Shown in pieces: positions 54,201-64,000 of a stretch of 64,000 bases of DNA. Under the pieces are notes generated by a model. The model saw only the letters and a list, made by a program, of their open reading frames with translations. It searched no databases and had not been told where the DNA came from. Source of the DNA: Eledone cirrhosa (Eukaryota); the NCBI GenBank assembly GCA_964016885.1, contig OZ024745.1:56482001-56546000 (forward strand), given 5' to 3'. The first letter of the stretch is position 1. Each line of letters starts with the position of its first letter. The translations under genes and the position numbers were made by a program.

Positions 54201-55408
54201 GTCTCCCATATGGAATATTGGCATTATAACTCGCGATTTCCACTGCTTACTTATTTTTCCAGATATCCAAGCCTCCCGGCACACGATTCAGCCGGAGAAT
54301 ATATTCTCTATTTAGAGCTTTTAACATATCGTGCAGATTTCATCTTCCCTACAGGCTTTGTAATATTTGAGCTGTTTATTTGCTCTTGTGACCTTGGCCT
54401 CCAAGAAATTAGTCGTCGCTCCCAGATGTATCTCCTGTACATCAGGAGCTGCTGTTGTAACTGGGTTTTGGTGATCAGGAAATTATTTTCTCTGCCTCGC
54501 AAGGTTGGACCTCTCTGAAGAGAAGAGAACCACAGATGTGACATTGATAGAAGGCGTGAAAGAGGACTTGCTAATACGAAGTGGGTGGATAGTCTGCCAG
54601 CATAATTTATTTGCTAATCTGAAGTTGGATTCCAGCTTCACCCCTACGATCTCATTACTTTGGACATCTTTATTGTTCCTGCTGCGTCTTTTCGCACCTA
54701 CTTGTAACTCAAGTACAAGGAGGACTTATTTACAATCTGAGCAATTTCTGATATATCCATATTTTGATACTAAAACAAAACACTACTGATAATTATGAGG
54801 AAGTATTCAGTGTCTCATTTAAATTACGTTTGTATTTTGTAACTTTCGAACGTATTACACAACACATTGTGAAAGTCATCTCTTTTATACGTTGATATAT
54901 AAACTAAACTCTCTGTTACGTAATGTTGCAAGGCATACAGCTCTTCACTTTTTCATGCCATTTTTGACGTATATTAAACTACTCCATCAATTACATATTC
55001 ATGTTTTCCATTTTCATGTAGTCTGATAAGAAAATAAAGACTGTTCTTGATTGGCACCAATACGTCTAGAAATATAAAGAGATTTGAAATATTATGAAAA
55101 AAATATTAGACTGATTGGCATGATGCAAGTACATTGTAAACAAACAAGAAGAAATCTTTCAATACACGAGGAATAAATTAGGTGTAGAACAGAAGCTATA
55201 TATGCAATCGAAGCAACACACAGGTAAACACGCACTAACAGAACTCGAGAGGAAGCAACGTTAAACGAAAAAGATTATCGTTGTAAGATTTTCTTCTGCA
55301 GAAAAAAAATTTGTCCGTTTTGCAAAATCAAACGTACAAACACTAAATCGCACGACACACACATACGCACACAAAAGCACACGTAAACCCAGATACACAC
55401 TCGTAAAT

Positions 55409-55477
<69 letters not shown>

Positions 55478-56476
55478 CGTCTTTCATATATATATATATA
55501 TACTTAGGGTAAACATTGATGAAATTCAATTCAAGCACTCAACGTACTTATTCCACAAGTGACAGAGTAAATATCGAATAAGGAAAACCGAAGTCGTTTC
55601 AGATGTTCAAGTATTTTAATAGTAATGCTGTGATATATATCTCAATGACGACAGTGGCCACACTGTCCTGTACACCAATGTCGCGACATCGTCAGACAGC
55701 TTGTTACATAATAAGGTTATGTTTCCGAGGCAATCCAAATTGAATCGACATGCGAACGGACGAAGTGTGTGCTTTTGGGTTCTTCATCCGTTCCCCTGTG
55801 AGTACCAATTCAACCCCACCGGTCTGCGCAGGCGCATGTCCGAAGGAAGTTAACCATTAGCTACCGCAGATTTCAATGAAATTCGCTTATTCAGTTCCCC
55901 CTCTCATCCAAACAATGACCCATTCAGACCTGTACCATAGTTTACTGCTACCCATCCCGTCTGTGGCAGTCAGCCGAAAGCCAGAGGGGATGGGAGAGTG
56001 TTAGTATTTACAGGTCCCAATAATACCTCTCACCAAGCATGGACAGTACAACTGACCATCAACCCTAAGAGAAAATATACTTAATTCTAGGTATCATGAT
56101 TTCACATTGGAAGTTATGAGTGAGAGTTGGAAATACAAATTAAAATGTAAAATGGAAAATCCTAAATCAAATATTAGAAATTATGAATAAAAAAATTAAA
56201 AAATTAAAAAAGATCCGCAGAAGGTGAAACATTTGTTCCCGGTATGGTAAACTAACTATTGTGGAACTACTTCTACAAAAAGTGCTCTACTACTACGGAT
56301 ATAACCCTACATATTAAATATAAATATTTCAGAAAACGGTCGCATTCTTCATTTAAACACAAAATCTCCGCCGTGATTACATCACAATCTGGGTACTATA
56401 CTACATTGAGTGCTACAAGATGCATTCACTCGCACAACTGATAACGTCAATCGCTGCTGGACGGACACCAATGGGC

Positions 56477-56566
<90 letters not shown>

Positions 56567-56609
56567 AATTAAAAGAACAGAAAGATGCAGTAAAAGAGAT
56601 TTATTCGGT

Positions 56610-56724
56610 TCTTACGTACGTTTCAATAGACATCAATTTGCCTAGATCTCGCTGCATCTATAATATTATATAGTTAGTAGAGCATTCGACATCCAATGCA
56701 CAATCGATCCCATATCATCAGAGA
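56610..56724 (-). ncRNA. Hammerhead with 90-nt stem II domain
   Basis: Mirror of 59177-59291 with a better-paired basal stem II (ATGGGATCGATT/AATTGATGTCTAT). Confidence 0.78.
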
Positions 56725-57095
56725 TTATGTTTACCGCACCAGAATGTTCAGGTTTTTATAGGAATTCATGTGAAGTTGAAGTAGAGAAGAAGGAGGATGT
56801 GACAAAGACGAGAGAGATAGGGGGGTTTTTCATAGTTGTTGAGGTAAAACAGAGGGGAGGATAAAATATGATAATGAAGTCTAGATATGGACTAGTCCAA
56901 CTGTGTGTGTGTGCTAGAGAGATGGTAGACGTTGATAGGTTTACGATCTATGATAGATGGAGGCAGGGGAGATTAGGTTGAGTGACTTGTAAAGTATGTA
57001 GGAGGAGATGTTGAATAGGGGAGATGTGGTTAATAGAAGGCATAGCAATAATCCATGGGGATAGATAGAGGAGGTAGAAGGAAGAAGTCGCAGGA

Positions 57096-58666
57096 TCAAA
57101 TCAAGTCAGGTTTGTATTTCGAGAACGTAGCCTTGAGTCTGTGATTGCAATATAGAGTCCTTTCCGTTCTGTTGTTGAGAAGAGTATAATTGGATTTTAG
57201 TATGTAAAATAGCTCCATATTGCATAATCGGCAGTAAGGCTGGCCTGCACGATATGCGGAAGCACTAGAGAGTTTTGTCCATTTCAAAGTGTATTGCAGG
57301 TTACTTTCGCGCAACTGCCAAATTGTATTGGCTAAGGTAGTTACGGAACGGTATTTGATGTTCTTCATCGAACTACGGTGTTGGTACCAACGAGATTTAA
57401 AAGTGGTAGAGGTACAGCCGATATAGTGCCATCTTCGGTTATCCGATTCAACGGTGCATTGATACACCATATTGGATTCCATGCATTTGTTATTCAGAGG
57501 GCAACGATCAGGTAGGTTGCAGTTGCACTTATCAGCTCCTGTAGTATTATTATCTTGTACAGATTGCGTTAGGTTTATATGTGTGTCTGCTGCAGGAGGG
57601 TTTACATTCAGTGGTTGAGAGTTTGAGGAAGTGTTAATGTAGTTTGGGGTTCTTCGTGTGGATGTGCTGACTAATCGTTTGGAGTTAAGTTTTTTAATAA
57701 TTAGATCGAGATTGGGTGCTGTAGAATATGAAAGCTTAATAGACCTTAGATTTAGTATCTTAGCGTATCGATGTGTAGGAGGAAAATGTGTTTTGATTAA
57801 ATTGAAGAAAAGTGAGGAAATTTTAGGAGATGTTGAGGCATTGTATATTGGGTTGTACCAAAGGTAGTTACGATTCCGCTTTCTAGCTTGGTTGGATTGT
57901 GTGCTTCTAATTCGACTATGCCTATGCGGAAAGTGTATGTTGTGTATCGTACCTATATTATTATTTATGCTAATGCGTTGTGAGCCCTTATTTCTATATT
58001 GGTGTGCTGGATCTATGTACTCTATTTTGTCTTGGTACCCAGCCGCCTTAAGTGCGTTGTTATAGTAGTAAGCGTGCTCACTAAAGACCTGGGGGGTAGA
58101 TGACAGGCGTGATATTCTAAGGGAGATGGCTCGAGGGATAGACCGTATAACCGATGGATGATTAGATTTATGGTCAACATACATAATATTTTCATTAGAT
58201 TTATGGAATGGGCGGATTTCCCCCGTCTCTAGATTAAATGTTACATCCAAGAAATTTGTTTCAGTCAGGTTGTACTCAAAAGTAATGCTAAAACCTAGAC
58301 TGTTTAAAAATTCGCTAACTTGCTTACTTAATCTTTCTATTTTCTGGTTGCTTAGGTGTTTAGCTAAAAGGAGCGCATCGTCGCGGTAGATACCCCCTTG
58401 TAGATTGCGGAATTTTTTCTCTAGTGCTTGAGCGATGAAGATGCCTACTACGTCTGTAACTTCGGCAGAATCGTTTGAGCCCATCGTGATATCAAAGAAA
58501 GATGGTCTATCTTTGCGCACCCAGTAGCTATCATCGAACTTAATTATGGTTTTTCTGGCCTCAAGGATGATGCCTATTTCCGCGTCGGTTAGGTCAGAAT
58601 TCTCTCCGGCAAACAGTAGGGTCTTATGTAGGGTATCGGGTGATATGGAGGAGTAGTAGTCGTTTA
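57096..58666 (-). CDS. PLE polyprotein C-half: RT (GGIYRDD), CxC linker, GIY-YIG (probably Hydra clade)
   Basis: Open from the junction (INDYYSSISP, motif A) through FDITMGS, YRDD, FLDV, SNHP, WYNP, HFP, CNC..CPL, MVY..YIGCT..FKSRWYQH, CRLC, CNH; no true start codon. Confidence 0.92.
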
Positions 58667-59176
58667 TTATGGAGCTATTTTACATACTAAAATCCAATTA
58701 TACTCTTCTCAACAACAGAACGGAAAAAACTCTATATTGCAATCACAGACTCAAGGCTACGTTCTCGAAATACAAACCTGGCTTGATTTGATCCTGCGAC
58801 TTCTGCTTTCTTCTATCTTCCTTCTACCTCCTCTATCTATCCCCATGGATTATTGCTATGCCTTCTATTAACCACATCTCCCCTATTCGACATCTCCTCC
58901 TACATACTTTACAAGTCACTCGACCTAATCTCCCCTGCCTCCATCTATCATAGATCGTAAACCTATCAACGTCTAGCATCTCTCTAGCACACACACACAG
59001 TTGGACTAGTCCATATCTAGACTTCATTATCATATTTTATCCTCCCCTCTGTTTTACCTCAACAACTATGAAAAACCCCCCTATCTCTCTCGTCTTTGTC
59101 ACATCCTCCTTCTTCTCTACTTCAACTTCACATGAATTCCTATAAAAACCTGAACATTCTGGTGCGGTAAACATAA

Positions 59177-59291
59177 TCTCTGATGATATGGGATCGATTG
59201 TGCATTGGATGTCGAATGCTCTACTAACTATATAATATTATAGATGCAGCGAGATCTAGGCAAACTGATTTCTATTGAAACGTACGTAAGA
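59177..59291 (+). ncRNA. Hammerhead with 90-nt stem II domain
   Basis: TCT-CTGATGA-[59187-59276]-GAAAC-gtac-GTA-AGA, AATAAA 5 nt later; palindromic ACGTACGT stem III. Confidence 0.78.
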
Positions 59292-59497
59292 ACCGAATAA
59301 ATCTCTTTTACTGCATCTTTCTGTTCTTTTTAATTTTTTATACACGCCCCGGAATATAGCTAAACTGGGATATACACCTATTTTCTGCATTACGTTGAGC
59401 ACCACTCTGTTGTAAGCTGACATTCCCCTACACGGTACATAACACTGTGTCCTGGAAAACATTAATGCACTCGTGCATAACCAATTATATATATACA

Positions 59498-59763
59498 ATA
59501 ATTGTTTCTACTTTTGGCACCAGGCCAGCAATTATCCCAGTGCTTTACTGGTACTTTATTTATATATATACAATAATTGTTTCTACTTTTGGCACAAGGC
59601 CAGCAATTACCCAGTGCATTACTGGTATTTTATTTTATCGACCCCGTAAGGATGAAAGGCAAAGTTAACCTCGGCGGGATTTGAACTCCGAATGGCAAGG
59701 GCCGTAACTCTATGCGTCAAAGCATGGCGTCCGACCCTCTACCGATACTGCCAATCCACCTCC
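59498..59763 (-). mobile_element. SINE with duplicated 3' end and target duplication
   Basis: Full copy 59573-59763 flanked by ttatatatatacaataat on both sides; extra 3' piece at 59498-59560. Confidence 0.9.
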
Positions 59764-60066
59764 TTTATATATATACAATAATGAGAGGTACACATATATT
59801 GGTGACTGCTTTCAAGCTAATACTATATACACTCCAGTCTTCCTTACCACCCGTTCTGTAGCCTCTGCATTGTATTAATATCCCCTCAGCCTTCCGTGAT
59901 ACTTTTCGTTGCTACAAGGGATTTAGCTCCATTTCTTGACCTCTGTATCACGTGATAGGGTCTCCCTACACCCTCTCGAGATTCTTTCGCGCGATGCAGA
60001 CCTGTTTTGAAATTTGTACATCAGGTATTCTCTTGATAAGTCAGCAAACCTCACAAAAATGCTCCA

Positions 60067-60117
60067 TCTCTATGATATAGGCTTTTTGCATAGTAGCCAC
60101 GAAACTGTACAGTCGGG
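60067..60117 (+). ncRNA. Decayed hammerhead (G5 missing) next to (TA)n
   Basis: TCT-CTATGA-T-ATAGGCT..AGCCAC-GAAAC-TGTACA-GTC-GGG; palindromic ACTGTACAGT, GUC site. Confidence 0.5.
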
Positions 60118-60126
60118 AATTTGAAG

Positions 60127-60181
<55 letters not shown>

Positions 60182-62799
60182 GAGAGAGAGTCTAAATAGT
60201 CTCAGTACTTAAGATGCAGAATTACATGATGTATTCCATGCTAAATTTAATCTAAATTTTCCAGTGATAAAATTTCCCCAATGACTATCTTTTACTCTTA
60301 GTGGAGAATGAGCTGTGATCTTATAAACACATCTATTTCTGTTGATGGACTATGTAAAACGAACTCTGTAACAACACTTTGAATATTTCGAGGTCATATC
60401 TTATTGGAAACGATTGAAAGAGAATAATACGGTTTTCTGATGGAATAAGATTACATTTATGTTATAACCTTTATATATTTCTGCCGTATTGAACAGTCTT
60501 TCTGAGTCTCATCAGTCATTTATTACAGTTACATTAATACAATATCACTTTATCTTGGGACATTTCCGGTGTTACTACAATCATAATCTTCTCTTTATTC
60601 ACCAAATAAGTTATGATAAAAACAAATAAACTTTAAAACGTTAACTTTAGTTATTAAGCTTGCTGTAGTAGAAGGATTCTCCTCTTGGGCAAATAAATCA
60701 TAATACAAATGTAGCAGCCTATGGCTTTAGTAAATATCTCCTCAATCATGACACTAAAGGTGCGTTTCTTTATGCTTTCATCGTTCTCTAGCAAGTGACT
60801 TGATTTTATAATCCGTTTCCTATTTTTTCCATGTTAGCCAAACATATTCTATGGCTAATTATAAAGTTGTTATTTGCTCCCTCGACAAATAATGATATAG
60901 CAGCATGATGCCCCATAGATTATATACTAGCTACGTATAATCTATGACCACAAATAGAAAACAAATTAAGCCGTAATTTCAAGGAAGGAAACATCAGGTC
61001 AGACTAAATAACAAGCAGGAACTTTAAAATTAATTAGTTAAGATTTGTTTTATAATTATGTAATAAAGATAATCAGCATAGTCATATGAATGAATTGATT
61101 TAGATTATTTTCTACAAAGAAAAACGTTTACAACAGGTCCTATATTAATGTGTATATGACAAATATTTTAAACAAAACACACAGCAAAACGTTAAGACTT
61201 GAAATCTTCAATTCATAACTTTGAATGGCGATTTAATGCCAACGCTCAATTATCAAAAATATAATCACGACGCCATCGAAGCGTAAATCTATTCTCAAGA
61301 GACCGATGGCAGTAGTAAAGTTGGCAAAATATTAAATAAACTAAAAAAAGCAACAACACAATATTAACTGGTGCAAGTATATCACAGAAAAAGGAAACGT
61401 GAATAATATGATTGGAAGAGGCGAGATTTAGTGTTTCATAAAAAGAGAATGAATGATGTTTACTAGACCTAACCAAGTGAATTGTCACTAAAATTGAAAT
61501 TCCTTACAATGTCTATTCATATCACTATAAAAGGTAATCAATGAAAAATATAAAAAGCTACCTTACAAGCAAAATCTTTGATATAGCCAAACTATTACTA
61601 TGTTATTGTGCTATCATTGTTTGCTTTTTCGATTCTGGCATGCATCTAATCAAAATGTTGATGGAACATAATTATGGAAAACAAGTACACCCTAGAGATT
61701 AATGTTCGCAGTATAATGATATTTATTACTCTATCCGAATATTTGTTTCTTTTATGGTGTTTATAATATAAACACTCAAAATTGAAATTATCGTTGTATT
61801 CACCGTTGTATTCACTTAAAGTATATTTAATGATTCATGTGTTGTTCTACCTGGGCCAAGATTGCTGTATTGCATCTTTGATTATTGTTTTATGTTACAT
61901 TTGTTTGTTTTGTTTTCTTTTTTGAGATATTTCATAGTGTCCTGGAAATTGGATTCTGAAGGCACAATGCAAAATAATGGAAGAATTGAATCGCTTTGCT
62001 CTAATGGATATTCTAATTAAATGGATCAGTTGCAGCGTACTTATGACACAATAGTTTGAAAGATATAATATAAATAGATAAGAGTGTCATTAATTATAAC
62101 TTGACATCTAATTAATGAGTAAAATTTTCATTTAATGTTTAAGAAAGAGAAATAAGTTTAACGGATCAATTCATGTTTTAATACTTGGGAAAGAAACGTT
62201 TTGCGTCTACCCAGTCGAAAGAAGCCTATTGTTACTGTGATATTGTTAATGACACATCAACATTCTAATGGCGATAATTAAATGTATTGTAAAATTTGAT
62301 AAAATATTGATTTCAATGTGACGTTATATTTTAGCGTGTATGGAATTAGGAATATTAATATCTCAAGTATACTTAAACAAGAGAGTGAAAAAAATCCAAC
62401 CAGAGGGATTAAGCCTTGTTGCACAACATACCATCACAATATCCATTAAATTACAAAGACCCTTCTATGAAGAAAATGAAGAAGATATTGATGATGTAAT
62501 ATAATTATTTTAATAATTTAGTCTGAAGGAAAATATTACATTATAACGTATGACTTCAGAGATCAAAATGTTGTACGGGGTTTGTATTCACTTGGAGATT
62601 TTCAGGTTGATGATCGATTTAAGTTAGGTAGAAGCAAACACATTCTACCAGGCCAACATCCTCGAGTAGTAGAGCCTGCTGTGTTGGTTAATGAAAACGT
62701 TTCCAGACAGGAAAATATAAGTGAGTTGTGCGAGTCTGGCTAGATTTAATACAAGGGGAACAAGCTTCGAGAGTGATGGCCACAGGAGAAATGTTCGGA

Positions 62800-64000
62800 A
62801 TGGCAAAGAAATTTGATAATAAGCTTATTCCAGTTTGGAGTTTATTGCTCACTGACTACATATCAGTAAGTTGAGTGGATTTCCATTGTAGACAAACAGT
62901 TAGCGAAGCTGCATAATCATCTTAAATGCTGGAACAAATACATTGTTTTCAGAACCTGAAAACCTCCTGCCAGCATAGCAAGTGGTCTTACTTACTACCA
63001 AAGAATAATGAAACCAAAGTTAAAAACTATCGACCCGTAAACTGTTTATTATATACTTTTCACATCTTTCAAGGCTTTGATATATATTCTGATGGAGAAG
63101 ACATATGCATTTATGGTAGATAACAACAATAATTTATTGGCAACATGACCCTCTCAAAGTATAACAACAATAATTTCACTACTGGTCAAAAAGGCTGCCG
63201 ATGATGTACATATCGATGTAAAGATCATCTCAGAATTAATCGTTTGATCATTGAGATCTGTTATAACAAATTCAGAAACTTTCGCGTGGATTGATTACAA
63301 AGAGTCTTTTGAGAGTATGCCACATTCAGGGATTCTGAAATCACTGGGCATCTTCAAAATTTCTCTTGTAAATTCAAACTTTCTGAAATATAACATGTCA
63401 TTCTGGAAACGGAATCCTAAATTACATCGTTCCGATTGAGTAATAAATTCACAAAATTAACATCGACTATGGAATTTTTTAAGGTGACTCATCTTCACTT
63501 CCTATATTTTGTATCCCTCACAATAGAATTTAGAATGTAATAATTTTCGGATGTAAAATAAAAAAAAGGTTAATTAAACATATGGATGAAGGCCTTTTAC
63601 CGACTGTGAAAGCATTCAGTGATGACATTGGGATGGCGATTGGGCTTGATAAGTGTGCCAAAGCCACTTTCAAGAAAGGGAAATGGACAAACTTAAATTC
63701 AGCCGAACTACATATTGAAAGTTAGTTATAAAATAATTTGAGCAGTAACAAATCTGTAAATACCTATGTATACTTTAAGGTCCTGGCATTCAACATGCAA
63801 GCATGAAAGTGAAAATGAGGAGTGAATGTAATCGGAGAGTAAGAAAAGTTCTGAAATCTGAGCACATAACAAGATAATAACCTTAGCAGTTTCAGTTGTT
63901 AATTATAGCTTCAATATTTTGAACTGGGATATCAGTGAAATAAGTAGAATTGACACAAAACATTGTACGTTGCTGACATGTAATAAGGCAGATATGGATC
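62800..64000 (+). pseudogene. R4/Dong-clade non-LTR RT relic (runs off the window)
   Basis: YLLPK..KNYRPVNCL, QKGC, AWIDYKESFESMPH, GIF*GDS, FSDDIGMAIGLDKCA, RRVRKVLKSE, YSFNILNW..IDTK. Confidence 0.82.
63136..63160 (+). mobile_element. 25-nt PLE 3'-tip micro-insertion with 16-bp target duplication
   Basis: attggcaacatgaccctctcaaagt matches 987-1011; flanked by ataacaacaataattt at 63120-63135 and 63161-63176. Confidence 0.75.

Larger units (their letters stand above)
56563..59340 (-). mobile_element. 5'-truncated PLE with ~660-bp inverted terminal arms
   Basis: 56563-57219 mirrors 58668-59340 and includes the last ~40 codons of the ORF; left end at (TA)n 56479-56563. Confidence 0.95.

Overview
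AT-rich, microsatellite-dense animal DNA. It is most likely cephalopod/octopus, inferred from the Meta-domain tRNA-SINE and the repeat spectrum. I found no host gene I can support, so the window is intergenic or deep intronic and made almost entirely of transposon copies and relics. These include one near-intact full-length Tx1/L1-clade LINE in (ATT)n, about 10 copies of one tRNA-derived SINE, RTE, CRE and R4/Dong LINE fragments, and mariner relics. The dominant signal is Penelope-like elements (PLEs). At least seven insertions are fold-backs, in which two 5'-truncated copies are joined head-to-head with both 3' ends facing outward, usually into (TA)n. Four carry RT/GIY-YIG coding sequence and three are non-coding palindromes of 360-460 bp. 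Their ends carry type I hammerhead ribozymes, about 12 recognisable plus several relics. Notable variants are a hammerhead split by a 90-nt branched stem II, U4-substituted cores, and a hammerhead scaffold with a non-canonical core in both arms. Other unusual observations are a C-terminal-endonuclease PLE whose RT has a ~65-aa insertion between motifs A and B', a terminal motif shared between PLE families, and a 25-nt PLE-tip micro-insertion with a 16-bp target duplication. Inverted PLE insertions, microsatellite bias and pLTR hammerheads are established in general, so any novelty lies in these specific variants. All calls are by eye, without database searches.
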